A program made the translations under genes and the position numbers. DNA of 64,000 bases from an archaeon. Lineage in GTDB: Archaea; EX4484-52; WAPT01. Below are positions 51,739 to 60,808 of this stretch, piece by piece. How positions within the stretch are numbered: position 1 is the first letter of the stretch; each line of letters begins with the position of its first letter. Under the pieces are notes generated by a model. The model saw only the letters and a program-made list of their open reading frames with translations. It searched no databases and was not told the DNA's origin. The stretch spans positions 2,955 to 66,954 of the forward strand of contig JAPDKB010000008.1 in NCBI GenBank assembly GCA_029258795.1. The letters are read 5' to 3'.

Positions 51739-52107
51739 TTAGCTTATGTGAGATATCTCCAAACTCTTGCAAGTTTGGGCAAGATCCTGCTCAAGGTTTA
51801 TAATGTTCTTGTAGACGATCTCTTCCAAAAACGCTCTCACCTGTTTGGCAATTTCAGGAATATGCTTTTCATAAAGTTTTTTATTTTTCTTAAGATCATT
51901 CTCGACATTAACTACCTGCCTGTAAAGATTTTCAAGACCCCATAGTTCCTCGATTTTATTGTGATTTGCTGCTCCCGCTTTTGCTATGTTAAGTGCTTCC
52001 TTAACCTCATTAACGGCACCCAGCACACCTTGGTAAGTGAGCCGGGGATTTTCAAGAGATTTGATCGCACCATACACCTTTTTTTCAGCAAGTCTATATT
52101 CAAACAT
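51739..52107 (-). CDS. Hypothetical protein
   Basis: 122-aa ORF divergent from tbp. Confidence 0.55.
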   Translation of the reverse strand: MFEYRLAEKKVYGAIKSLENPRLTYQGVLGAVNEVKEALNIAKAGAANHNKIEELWGLENLYRQVVNVENDLKKNKKLYEKHIPEIAKQVRAFLEEIVYKNIINLEQDLAQTCKSLEISHIS

Positions 52108-52252
52108 CCCACAACCACCCCCAAAATTTTCTTGCTCTTTATTATGGTATTAAAAGTATTTAAATGTTTCGTTACTTTTAAGTGGTTACAATTTAAAAAG
52201 GTTAAACATTTAAAGATGTCCTCAAAATTTAAAAAGGCAAGGGGTGTGTGGT

Positions 52253-52831
52253 ATGGCCAAAAGCAAGAAGGACGAGAACTTCGTTGACAAGGAGGATGAG
52301 ATAAAGATAGAGAATGTTGTGGTTTCTGCTGACTTGAAAACACGTTTACCTCTTGAAAAGATAGCGATGGAACTGGAAGGAGCTGAATATGAACCCGAGA
52401 GCTTTCCCGGTCTGGTTTACAGAATAAAGGAGCCAAAAGCTTCCCTGCTGATTTTCACCACCGGTAAGATAATATGCGCGGGCACACGCTCTCAGGAAAT
52501 CGCAATGCAGGCCATAAAAAAGGTCATTCAGGACCTCAGAAAGATCGGAATTGAGGTAAAGGGCGAGCCAGAACTGAAAGTGGAGAACCTTGTAGCTTCC
52601 GCTAATCTCAAGGCGAGATTCGATCTGAACCGCATAGTTTACGAGCTTGAGGATTGTGAGTACGAGCCGGAGCAGTTCCCGGGCTTGGTGCACAGGATGG
52701 AGGACCCACCTGTTGTGTTCCTCATCTTCAACTCGGGAAGGCTCGTGTGTACTGGCGCTAGGTCAAAAGAGGAAGTGAAGAGAGCCATAAACAACCTCAA
52801 GAAAGAGCTTGAGGCGATAGGTGCGTTCTAA
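52253..52831 (+). CDS. tbp: TATA-box binding protein
   Basis: Two repeats: IENVVVS...YEPESFPGLVYR and VENLVAS...YEPEQFPGLVHR. Confidence 0.98.
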   Translation: MAKSKKDENFVDKEDEIKIENVVVSADLKTRLPLEKIAMELEGAEYEPESFPGLVYRIKEPKASLLIFTTGKIICAGTRSQEIAMQAIKKVIQDLRKIGIEVKGEPELKVENLVASANLKARFDLNRIVYELEDCEYEPEQFPGLVHRMEDPPVVFLIFNSGRLVCTGARSKEEVKRAINNLKKELEAIGAF

Positions 52832-52867
52832 ATTCTTCCCACTCAAAATATTTTTGGGTGAGATTTC

Positions 52868-53467
52868 ATGAAGTTGCTGTGTGCTTCAGATTACCATGCA
52901 AACCACCGCTTTCTTGAGAGCACTGTGGAGCACGCTGAAAAGCTGGAGCCGGATGTGTTCGTTTACTGTGGGGATTTCGTAATGCAGGAGTATGCGGAGG
53001 AACTCATAAAAAGGTTGGAGGAAGTTGGCGTGCCGGTGCTTGCGGTTGCCGGCAATCTTGATCTCGGTATCATCTATGAAAGCGAGATGTCGGAAATAGT
53101 GATGTACGGTTTGAGAGAGCTTAAGGGCTATCACTTTTTACTTGTGAGCGCCACCTATCCCTTCATTCTGGATGAAGCTCTTGCCGATGTTGAGGGTATA
53201 GACCCTTCCAAGCTGATATTCGTGACACATTACCCGCCAAAAGGTGTGCTTGACAAAATATGGAGCAACGAGCATGTTGGCTATGATGGTTATGCTGAAT
53301 TTGATGAGAATGTCAAGCCAGCGCTCCACGTTTTCGGTCACATTCATGAGGACAACGGGTTTGAGATTAAGAGCAACACGATTTTTGTTAATTGCGCTGC
53401 CACACCATCCAGAAAGATCTACTTGGTTGATCTGAAAAAAAGAGAGGTAAGGGATGTTAAGCTATGA
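52868..53467 (+). CDS. Metallophosphoesterase
   Basis: SDYH, GD, GN, THYPP, GHIHE. Confidence 0.88.
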   Translation: MKLLCASDYHANHRFLESTVEHAEKLEPDVFVYCGDFVMQEYAEELIKRLEEVGVPVLAVAGNLDLGIIYESEMSEIVMYGLRELKGYHFLLVSATYPFILDEALADVEGIDPSKLIFVTHYPPKGVLDKIWSNEHVGYDGYAEFDENVKPALHVFGHIHEDNGFEIKSNTIFVNCAATPSRKIYLVDLKKREVRDVKL

Positions 53468-54399
53468 AGCAAAAGCTGAATGTGCCGCGGCTCTTCAGGG
53501 AGCGCTACAGGAGGATTCTTGGGGATGAGGTAAAGGTTCTTGTTGATTACTGCTTCAAACCGCTCAGGAAAAGCATAAGGATCAACACGCTAAAGATTGA
53601 TGTGGATGAATGTGTGAAAATGCTTGAATCCAAAGGGTGGGAACTGAAGCAGGTGCCATGGTGTAGCAACGGCTTCTGGGTGGAGAACAGAAATGAGGAG
53701 CAGCTTGGAAACACGCTGGAGCACTTTATGGGCTACTATTACGTGCAGGAAGCATCATCCATGATCCCTCCTATTGTGCTGCAGCCAGAGGAAAAGGATT
53801 TCGTGCTTGACATAGCTGCCGCGCCAGGCTCTAAGACCACGCAGATGGCTGAAATGATGAAGAACAAGGGGTGTATAGTGGCAAACGACATCCAGATTCA
53901 GCGGATAAAGGTGTTGAGGTTCAATCTGGAGAAGCTCGGAGTCATAAACACCGTTGTGACGAGAATGGATGGAAGGAAGTTCATAAAGTTTAAGGAGAGG
54001 TTTGATAAAGTTCTGGTGGATGCCCCTTGCTCATCCGAGGGTATCATGAGGAAGGACTGGAAAGCGTTTTCCAGATGGAACATCAAATTCATAAAGGAGA
54101 TGGCAAAGCTGCAGAAAAAGCTGGTGGATGCTGCTGCGGTCACGCTTAAGAGAGGGGGTGTAATGGTTTACTCCACATGCACCATGTCTCCGGAGGAGAA
54201 TGAGGCGGTGGTGGATTATGCTGTAAAGAAGCACGGGCTGGTGGTGGAGAAGGTAAAGGTTAAGGGGCTTAAAGCCAGGCACGGCATAACTGAATGGGAA
54301 AGCCAGCAATTCGATGAAAGTGTGAGGAACTGCTTGCGCATCTGGCCTCAGGATAATGACAGCGAGGGATTTTTCGTTGCAAAGTTGAGGAAGGAGTGA
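53464..54399 (+). CDS. RsmB/NOL1/NOP2 family RNA m5C methyltransferase
   Basis: QEASSM, AAPGSKT, DAPCS, YSTCT, EENE. Confidence 0.95.
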   Translation: MKQKLNVPRLFRERYRRILGDEVKVLVDYCFKPLRKSIRINTLKIDVDECVKMLESKGWELKQVPWCSNGFWVENRNEEQLGNTLEHFMGYYYVQEASSMIPPIVLQPEEKDFVLDIAAAPGSKTTQMAEMMKNKGCIVANDIQIQRIKVLRFNLEKLGVINTVVTRMDGRKFIKFKERFDKVLVDAPCSSEGIMRKDWKAFSRWNIKFIKEMAKLQKKLVDAAAVTLKRGGVMVYSTCTMSPEENEAVVDYAVKKHGLVVEKVKVKGLKARHGITEWESQQFDESVRNCLRIWPQDNDSEGFFVAKLRKE

Positions 54400-54404
54400 G
54401 GGAA

Positions 54405-54872
54405 ATGAGCAAGCTGAAAATTATGAGTGAAGAGGAAAAGAGGGAGATGCTGGACTATCTGGAGGAGAGGTTCGGGATAGATAGGGGTGTATTTAACGGT
54501 TACATTTTCATTAAGAGCGGGAGGAAGGTGTGGATAACAAACAGGGATGTTGTGGAGAAGAACTTCTCCGGGATGAATGTGGAAGCTGCGGGCATGCTTT
54601 TTGTTAGATGGGAAAAAATTAAGGACAAGATCAAGATCACCACGAATGCTGCGCAGATTTTTGGAAAGTACGCAACAAAGAACGTTGTGGAAGTGGATGA
54701 AATTCAGCTCCACCAAGTTCTATGCGGACTCAACCTGTATGATGTGGATGTTGATTGTGAAGACGGATACGTGCTTTTAAAGTATGGGGAACACATTCTT
54801 GGGGTGGGGTTGAAGCACGGGAACTTCATCAAAAACCTGATTCCAAAAGCAAGGAGAGTTAAAAAGCTTTAA
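54405..54872 (+). CDS. Nip7/PUA-like protein (RsmF C-terminal-like)
   Basis: Follows the NOL1 gene; GYVLL..ILGVG..IKNLIPKARR. Confidence 0.7.
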   Translation: MSKLKIMSEEEKREMLDYLEERFGIDRGVFNGYIFIKSGRKVWITNRDVVEKNFSGMNVEAAGMLFVRWEKIKDKIKITTNAAQIFGKYATKNVVEVDEIQLHQVLCGLNLYDVDVDCEDGYVLLKYGEHILGVGLKHGNFIKNLIPKARRVKKL

Positions 54873-54977
54873 AACTTTGGCTTTAAAAGGGTGAATTGAA
54901 AGCAAAAAAATTCGCTTCATGGATTTTTCAGTTAGGACGCATGTTGTGTTTGAGCAGATAGCTCCATGTTCTTCCAA

Positions 54978-55080
54978 ATCCCGGCTCCGGGGACAGTGCT
55001 TTCTCTCATCCTTCCTCTCCAGACGGAATTCTTATCCGTCGCATCCCCCATGAGAAAAGCGTCCATACCGGAGCCCGGAT
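54978..55080 (+). ncRNA. Free-standing BHB hairpin upstream of the tRNA-Gly-like gene
   Basis: Outer stem GGCTCCGG/CCGGAGCC, central GGAC/GTCC helix, AGT and ATA bulges, inner stem GCTTT(C)TCTCAT/ATGAGAAAAGC. Confidence 0.55.
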
Positions 55081-55085
55081 TCCAT

Positions 55086-55156
55086 GCGGCCGTGGTGTAG
55101 TGGGATCACGCCCCGTATCCAGCGGGGAAACGCCGGTTCGATTCCGGCCGGCCGCA
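55086..55156 (+). tRNA. tRNA-Gly(TCC)-like gene with non-canonical A33 and no CCA
   Basis: GCGGCCG/CGGCCGC acceptor, CCCCG-TA-TCC-AG-CGGGG, GCCGG-TTCGATT-CCGGC. Confidence 0.7.
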
Positions 55157-55186
55157 AATTCATGAAGATGTGTGGAGGTGGAGAAG

Positions 55187-55351
55187 ATGGCACCTCCTGA
55201 GAAATGTGATGAGTGCGGTTCCACCAACCTCAAGAAAGTTGTGATCGCCAAAATACCAACAGGGCCAATGGTCATTGGAGGGAGCACACCGTTAATGGAG
55301 TTAGCAGTATATCAATGTCGAGAGTGTAAAAACATAATGGGTCCCAAGTAA
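55187..55351 (+). CDS. Small Zn-ribbon protein, 54 aa
   Basis: Manual translation: MAPPEKCDECGSTNL...YQCRECKNIMGPK; GGAGGTG RBS. Confidence 0.65.
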   Translation: MAPPEKCDECGSTNLKKVVIAKIPTGPMVIGGSTPLMELAVYQCRECKNIMGPK

Positions 55352-55391
55352 AAGCAAGCTTTCAGACCATTTTATTTTTTCTTTTTATTTT

Positions 55392-55407
55392 TGGGAAATT
55401 TGTCCTG
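55392..55407. repeat. GGA-N6-TCC palindromic site
   Basis: TGGGAAATTTGTCCTG after a T-tract. Confidence 0.7.
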
Positions 55408-55598
55408 ATTTTGGTTTTGGATGAATGTGGAAGGGGCTCAGTTCAGCAAAAGGTTTATAAATTTTCGAGATATGTGTGACTAAAGAGTAACAAAAGTTGT
55501 CGATGCTGTAAATAATGGATCCCGTGAAAAAGCGGGATACCTAATTCTGGTTTAAGTAGTGGACAGCGTGAAGATGGCTGTCTCTATCTGTCCCGCAT

Positions 55599-55645
55599 GC
55601 CCCTGTTCAGGTTTTCTTTCCCGGGTGCAATTCCCGGCAAGGGTC
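55599..55645 (+). ncRNA. tRNA minihelix-like element (acceptor stem plus T-arm)
   Basis: GCCCCTG/CAAGGGT (6 of 7 pairs) enclosing a linker and CCGGG-TGCAATT-CCCGG. Confidence 0.55.
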
Positions 55646-55670
55646 GGAAGATATTAAAAGGAGGTGAAGA

Positions 55671-55973
55671 ATGATGGTGTCGTACTGCGCAGCATCGGAA
55701 ATGCTGAAGGGCACTTCCGAACTATGCGAGGTGTATCTGTTCGTTATACTCTATCTATCTGGATTATTGGCCGCATACGTCATCATAAAGCTGGAGAGAG
55801 AGCCAGAGATTCTGGAAAAGCTGACGAACAAACTGAATAGGAAGATAAGCTGGACTGGAAAGACGCTAGATAACATGGATGTTTGGGAAATAATAGTCAC
55901 GAGCATCATTCTGATTTCGCCAGTGCTATTTGTTATTCCATTCCTGCTAGGGTTCTGCCCGCGCTACTGCTAG
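55671..55973 (+). CDS. Orphan two-TM membrane protein
   Basis: GGAGGTGA RBS; two hydrophobic helices. Confidence 0.65.
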   Translation: MMVSYCAASEMLKGTSELCEVYLFVILYLSGLLAAYVIIKLEREPEILEKLTNKLNRKISWTGKTLDNMDVWEIIVTSIILISPVLFVIPFLLGFCPRYC

Positions 55974-56013
55974 CATAAATGTCCGCTAAGCTTTTCCCCA
56001 AATTTTTTGTCAT

Positions 56014-56141
56014 GCCCCCGTAAGGTAGCCAGGCATCCTTCCTTCCGGCGGATGGTTCGTTTTTCTGGAAAAGGAGGAGGTGCTATCCCGCCGCCACCTC
56101 ATTGCCGGAAGGAAACCCGGGTTCAAATCCCGGCGGGGGCA
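56014..56141 (+). ncRNA. tRNA-like element with the anticodon loop replaced by a ~55-nt insert
   Basis: GCCCCCG/CGGGGGC acceptor, AGG/CCT D-arm, 10-bp stem TCCTTCCGGC/GCCGGAAGGA, intact T-arm; no clear BHB or anticodon. Confidence 0.55.
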
Positions 56142-56185
56142 CTTTTCGAAATTTTTGGTGAAAACAAAACCTTCCTATTTTTTGT

Positions 56186-56231
56186 GCGGCCGAAAAAGCA
56201 CTGTGTCCGGGTGCAATTCCCGGCGGCCGCT
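56186..56231 (+). ncRNA. Perfect tRNA minihelix-like element
   Basis: GCGGCCG, 14-nt linker, CCGGG-TGCAATT-CCCGG, CGGCCGC. Confidence 0.65.
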
Positions 56232-56255
56232 GGAAAACTGTGAAAAAAGGAGGAG

Positions 56256-56534
56256 GTGAGAATTTTGAGGGAGAAAAAACCGGGGTCTGATTGGATATTG
56301 ATATGGGTTGAAAAGGATATTAAGAAAGAAGGTATGTTGAAGAAAATAATAGAGTATGCTAGGGAAAATGAGTTGATTGAGCAGGATAGAAAGTGGCTTC
56401 ACCCTACAGAAATAGAGGAAGTAGTAGGAAAGGTGCTAAAACACATAATGAAAGAAAAAGATCCTAACGCACCCCTGACACCAGAGAGGGCTGAAGAGCT
56501 CTATAACAAACACTATGTCACCCACGAACACTAA
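56256..56534 (+). CDS. Orphan hypothetical protein
   Basis: GGAGGAGGTGA RBS directly after the minihelix. Confidence 0.6.
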   Translation: MRILREKKPGSDWILIWVEKDIKKEGMLKKIIEYARENELIEQDRKWLHPTEIEEVVGKVLKHIMKEKDPNAPLTPERAEELYNKHYVTHEH

Positions 56535-56568
56535 TCGTCACCCATTAATTTTTATTTTTTGAAATTTA

Positions 56569-56584
56569 TGGGAAGAAATTCCCG
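56569..56584. repeat. GGA-N6-TCC palindromic site
   Basis: TGGGAAGAAATTCCCG. Confidence 0.7.
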
Positions 56585-56640
56585 TTTAATTGAGATTAAA
56601 AAATTTAAATGCGAGAAATAAAAAGCTGTGTGTTGTTGGT

Positions 56641-56762
56641 GGGCCGGTGGTCTAGCCTGGAAGGACGCTGGCTTCGCACGCCAGAGACCCCGGGTTCAAA
56701 TGCTGCGGAGCAAGCATGAATATGCTGGAACTCCGCAGCTGAGAATCCCGGCCGGTCCACCA
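56641..56762 (+). tRNA. tRNA-Ala(CGC) with 45-nt T-loop intron (56701-56745)
   Basis: G3:U70 pair, CTGGC-TT-CGC-AC-GCCAG, BHB TTCA/TGAG with AAT bulges, ACCA end. Confidence 0.93.
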
Positions 56763-56765
56763 CAT

Positions 56766-57440
56766 CTATTTCAGCACTTTTCCTGTCATTTTCCACCATA
56801 TGAGAAGGTCAAGCTCTCCCACCTGCATTTTCTTGTGATGTGCTATACCACACAACAACTTTTCAAGCTTGAGATAATCTTTTCTTTTTGAAAGATTTGG
56901 ATCCCACCAGAAGGGTATACACCCTTCTCGATAAAGCCAGTCGAGCACATGCCTGTCAACTATGGCAACATCAAGCTGTCCCGTGTTTCTTAAAAAGTGA
57001 CTTGCCTCCTTGTATCCAATACCCTTGATATTTTTAACCAGCCATTCCCGAACCATTGCACTTTCTTCCAGCTTGAGCACTTCCAGCACTTCATCCATCT
57101 TTTGCCATGCATCGATGATGTATTTTGCTTTTCTCTGATAAAACCTCACCCCACATTTTCTGAGAGCATTACGAATCCGTCGCTCATCCATATTGTCATT
57201 CTCCTTTTCAGCGAGCATCTTCTGAAACTTCAGACCCGCAATTGCTGACGAATTGGCGGCAGAGATGCAGAACGCAAGCTCGGAAAATATGGTGGCGTCA
57301 AACTCCGTATCAAAATATGGCTGAAAGTTGTGATGTGTTTTTCCTTTCCTTCCAAGCTCGATGAATTTAAGCACTCTATCTCTTATCGCTTTTATCACTT
57401 CAGGCCTCTCCTCCAGACGTTTGTAAGCATCGCAGGACAT
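56766..57440 (-). CDS. ogg: 8-oxoguanine N-glycosylase/DNA lyase
   Basis: FSELAFC, KGIGYKEASHFLRN, AIVDRH, W..MTGKVLK. Confidence 0.92.
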   Translation of the reverse strand: MSCDAYKRLEERPEVIKAIRDRVLKFIELGRKGKTHHNFQPYFDTEFDATIFSELAFCISAANSSAIAGLKFQKMLAEKENDNMDERRIRNALRKCGVRFYQRKAKYIIDAWQKMDEVLEVLKLEESAMVREWLVKNIKGIGYKEASHFLRNTGQLDVAIVDRHVLDWLYREGCIPFWWDPNLSKRKDYLKLEKLLCGIAHHKKMQVGELDLLIWWKMTGKVLK

Positions 57441-57829
57441 ATTCTGACAACTCCCTCAAAGTTCTCTATCTTTTTGTGCACTTCCATCAGCTCATCCATG
57501 CTGTTGCATACCACTTCCACTATCAAATTGTGATCACCACTGGTTATATATATCACTTCCACTTCCTTAAATCCCTTGAGTTTTTCGTAAACCTCAACCA
57601 GTTTTTCTGGTTTCACATCAATGCCAGTTAGCGATATTGCCATTCCTGCTCTCACGGGATCGATTAGAGCTTTGTATCCCAGCACAACACCGCTTGCTTC
57701 AAGCTTCTCTATCCTTTTTCTTATTGCTGCCTCACTTACCTTAAAAAGCTTTGCCAAAGCCACATTCGGGATTCTTGCGTTTCTTATCAGTGCTCTTATC
57801 AGGAGTTTATCGTTTATTCTATTCTTCAT
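57395..57829 (-). CDS. Lrp/AsnC family transcriptional regulator
   Basis: NARIP..LAK..VSEAAIRKRIEKL, SGDHNL. Confidence 0.92.
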   Translation of the reverse strand: MKNRINDKLLIRALIRNARIPNVALAKLFKVSEAAIRKRIEKLEASGVVLGYKALIDPVRAGMAISLTGIDVKPEKLVEVYEKLKGFKEVEVIYITSGDHNLIVEVVCNSMDELMEVHKKIENFEGVVRICPAMLTNVWRRGLK

Positions 57830-57919
57830 ATTTCGCATTTCGAACTTAAAGTTTTTAAATCTTTAAAATAATGTTTATATAAGATACCGAAATGTTCGAA
57901 TTTGTGAAGGTGGAAAAGA

Positions 57920-58504
57920 ATGGAGAAGACAATGGAGAATCTTGTCAAGGCGTTCATAGGGGAAAGTCAGGCAAGGAATCGCTATAACATGTATGCAAAG
58001 ATCGCCAAGAAAGAGGGATACGAGCAGATAGCAGAAATATTTGAAATCACAGCAGAAAATGAAAGAGAGCATGCAAAATGGCTCATGAAAATGATCCAAG
58101 AGTTGCTCAAAAAAATGAATAAGGGTATGAGCAGCATTAAGGTGGAGGCTGAAGCCCCTCTGGTTGTGGGAAACACAGTGGAGAACCTGAGGGCGGCTAT
58201 AGAGGGGGAGCACTATGAGAACAGTGAAATGTATCCTGAATTTGCAAGGATTGCGGAAGAGGAAGGGCTGAAAGATATTGGTGAAAGGTTGAGAGCAATA
58301 GCGAAAGCTGAAGAGCATCACGAGGAGCGTTACAGGAAGCTGTTTGAGCTTGTGGAAGCAGGTAAGTTCTTCAAGAGGGATAAGGAAGTTGTGTGGGTTT
58401 GCAGGAAGTGCGGCTATGTCCGTACTGGGACAGAACCTCCAGCCAAATGTCCTTCGTGTGACCACCCATACAATTACTTTCAGGTTAAGTGTGAGGAGTT
58501 TTGA
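57920..58504 (+). CDS. rbr: Rubrerythrin
   Basis: AFIGESQARNRY, ExxH motifs, C-terminal CRKCG...CPSC. Confidence 0.96.
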   Translation: MEKTMENLVKAFIGESQARNRYNMYAKIAKKEGYEQIAEIFEITAENEREHAKWLMKMIQELLKKMNKGMSSIKVEAEAPLVVGNTVENLRAAIEGEHYENSEMYPEFARIAEEEGLKDIGERLRAIAKAEEHHEERYRKLFELVEAGKFFKRDKEVVWVCRKCGYVRTGTEPPAKCPSCDHPYNYFQVKCEEF

Positions 58505-58629
58505 TTTTCCCTCTTCCTTCCATTTATTCTCTGGAGTCGTTTAAAGCATTTACATTTAATTAGTGAAAAAACTGATGTGCAGGAAAGAAATATATTTTTG
58601 TTCTGCCCACCTTAATCTTGGTGAGTGTC

Positions 58630-58800
58630 ATGGAGAACATAGCGGAGATTAAGGAGAGGATCTTGAAAGCTGGCCTCGGGGTTCAGACGGAAAAGGTGGA
58701 AAAAGATAATGAGCAGTTCTGCCCAGAGTGCGGTATGCGGCTTGTGCCAGCAGAGGGCTGTGTATTCTGTCCGTCATGCGGGTGGAGTCCGTGTAAATAG
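58630..58800 (+). CDS. Small Zn-ribbon protein
   Basis: CPECG...EGCVFCPSCGWSPC, resembles the C-terminal ribbon of class II ribonucleotide reductases. Confidence 0.65.
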   Translation: MENIAEIKERILKAGLGVQTEKVEKDNEQFCPECGMRLVPAEGCVFCPSCGWSPCK

Positions 58801-58813
58801 TTAGGGTGGTGTT

Positions 58814-59386
58814 ATGACGAGTGATCTTGAATGCATATTTTGCAAGATAATAGAGAAGAAAATTCCTGCAGCGGTGATTTATGAGGATCCTTATGTCATC
58901 TCATTTCTTGATATAAATCCTCGATTTAAGGGGCATGCACTCGTCATTCCAAAGGTGCACGTCTCAACCCTTGATGAGTTGGGGGATGAGGCTTTGGCAC
59001 ACCTTTTCGTGGTGGTGAAGCATGTTGCCAAGAATTTGAAGGAAACGCTTGGCGCGGATGGCTACAACATCATAAGCAACAACGGAAGTGTTGCAGGACA
59101 GGTTGTTCCACACTTGCACATCCATGTTGTTCCGCGATACGCTGATGAGAAGAAAGGAATTGGTTTTGAAGCCACATTCCCTGTTGATGAAGAGGCCAAG
59201 AACAAACTGCACGAAATTGCTGAAAAGGCCAAGATAAAGCACGAGATAAAACCAGCATTTAGGAAAGATGATAAAGCAGATACGAGCGAAAAAGAGGAAA
59301 AGAAGGATGGAAAGGAAGAAAATAAAGAAGCATTACCATATGAAAGCGAGTATTTTGAGGACAACGGTGTGCCGAAGTTCAGGTGA
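58814..59386 (+). CDS. HIT family hydrolase
   Basis: CIFCKI, GHALVIPK, HLHIHVVPR. Confidence 0.95.
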   Translation: MTSDLECIFCKIIEKKIPAAVIYEDPYVISFLDINPRFKGHALVIPKVHVSTLDELGDEALAHLFVVVKHVAKNLKETLGADGYNIISNNGSVAGQVVPHLHIHVVPRYADEKKGIGFEATFPVDEEAKNKLHEIAEKAKIKHEIKPAFRKDDKADTSEKEEKKDGKEENKEALPYESEYFEDNGVPKFR

Positions 59387-59414
59387 GCTCTACTTTTTGC
59401 TTTTTTTATTTTAA

Positions 59415-59430
59415 TGGGATTAATTTCCTA
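59415..59430. repeat. GGA-N6-TCC palindromic site
   Basis: TGGGATTAATTTCCTA between a T-tract and an A-tract. Confidence 0.7.
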
Positions 59431-59449
59431 AAAAACAAAGAAAAAAAAA

Positions 59450-59665
59450 TCAAGAAATCTTCTTTAAGCGAATTTTGTAAATCTCTCCTTCATTGGTGAT
59501 ACTTGAAATACACCAGCTATAACCTTCCGGCCATATTTCTCCATTCATCCCTATTATTTTGTTGTCCTTTACCCTCCCCCACGTTACGATCTCTCCCGCG
59601 CGTTTATCCTTGCTAACGGCACCGCATACCTCTAGCAAGCCAAGTAAGAACTCGTTATCCTCCAA
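59450..59665 (-). CDS. Orphan small protein
   Basis: GGAGGTGAG RBS plus TTG start. Confidence 0.5.
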   Translation of the reverse strand: MEDNEFLLGLLEVCGAVSKDKRAGEIVTWGRVKDNKIIGMNGEIWPEGYSWCISSITNEGEIYKIRLKKIS

Positions 59666-59726
59666 TCTTACTCACCTCCATCCGGAATTGATCTTTTGCT
59701 AAAAGCGCATCTTCAAAAAAAGAGAA

Positions 59727-60743
59727 TTATTGTTGCGGCAGTATTATTGGTGGTGCCACTGGCTCGGTAAGATTTACTCCGGGGTAGAAGTTAGATGGTG
59801 CAGGCACTATGATTATTGCGTTGTTCTCCGATTCCGCGAACTTCTGAAGCACCTGTAGATAGTACCACTGCACGTATTCTGGATTTCTTCTCAGCGATTC
59901 TCCAATTATCTGGTTAGCCTTTGCTATACCCTCTGCCTCAACCTGCTTTCTTTCTGCCTCTCTCTTTTCTTTCTCAAGAATGTACTGCATTCTCTGGGCT
60001 TCTTGTTGTGCCTGCAGTTTAGCCTCGATTGCATCCTTCAGTCGGGTTGGAAGTTCTATTTTTCTCAGGTACACTCCCGTGACATCAAAGTACTGTGATA
60101 GTCTCTTCTCCAGCTCATTGTGAATTGATGCTTCCACTTCACTTCTTTTTGATCCATAAATTTCCTCTGCGTCGTACTGGGAAATCACATCCCTCACCGC
60201 GCTTCTAATGGTTGCTATCTTCCATTGCTCCAGATAGTCCTGATTCTTGAACGTCTTTGCGATTTCTTCCAGCTTGTCCTTTCTTATCTTTGTCGCAACC
60301 GAGAGATCAATTCGAATCTCCAGTGCGTCCTTGCTCAGAACCACGATGCTCGGATAGACAAGCCTAGAGGTAGCTATTTCCTCGGATTCGGCGGAAGCTG
60401 TGGCGGGTATCATTTCCTCCTTGCTTACAAAATCGACGGTTCTCACACCAACATAATAGATCTCCACGCTCTGTGTTAGTGGGTTCCTCCAGTGAATGCC
60501 GGGTTCTGCAGTACCTACGAATTTTCCGAACTCTTTGATCACCGCTTCTTCCGTTTGGTCTACCGTGTAGACTCCTAGCGCGCAGAAAGCTATTATGATT
60601 GCAATTGCACCAGCAATTACCCACTTCAACCACCATGGCCTTCGCTTTTTCTCTTCAGATCTTCTTTCACTCCCTCCACTCCAACCTTCAACTCTAGCTT
60701 CCTCCGGAGAAATAGGTCCATCCATCTCCAAGGGGTCTTCCAT
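59727..60743 (-). CDS. SPFH/band 7 (prohibitin-like) membrane protein
   Basis: TM helix, EFGK..EPGIH, IRSAVRDV, AIEAK..AQQEAQR. Confidence 0.93.
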   Translation of the reverse strand: MEDPLEMDGPISPEEARVEGWSGGSERRSEEKKRRPWWLKWVIAGAIAIIIAFCALGVYTVDQTEEAVIKEFGKFVGTAEPGIHWRNPLTQSVEIYYVGVRTVDFVSKEEMIPATASAESEEIATSRLVYPSIVVLSKDALEIRIDLSVATKIRKDKLEEIAKTFKNQDYLEQWKIATIRSAVRDVISQYDAEEIYGSKRSEVEASIHNELEKRLSQYFDVTGVYLRKIELPTRLKDAIEAKLQAQQEAQRMQYILEKEKREAERKQVEAEGIAKANQIIGESLRRNPEYVQWYYLQVLQKFAESENNAIIIVPAPSNFYPGVNLTEPVAPPIILPQQ

Positions 60744-60750
60744 CTTTCTA

Positions 60751-60808
60751 ACCTCCCCCGGGCCGCTATTCCCTGACTTGCGTCAGGGGCGACACCCGGT
60801 GTGGGAGG
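60751..60808 (-). promoter_or_regulatory. Structured 5' leader sequestering the RBS of the SPFH gene
   Basis: Reverse strand: ACCTCCC...CCGGG...CCCTGAC-GCAA-GTCAGGG...CCCGG-GGGAGGT. Confidence 0.5.
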
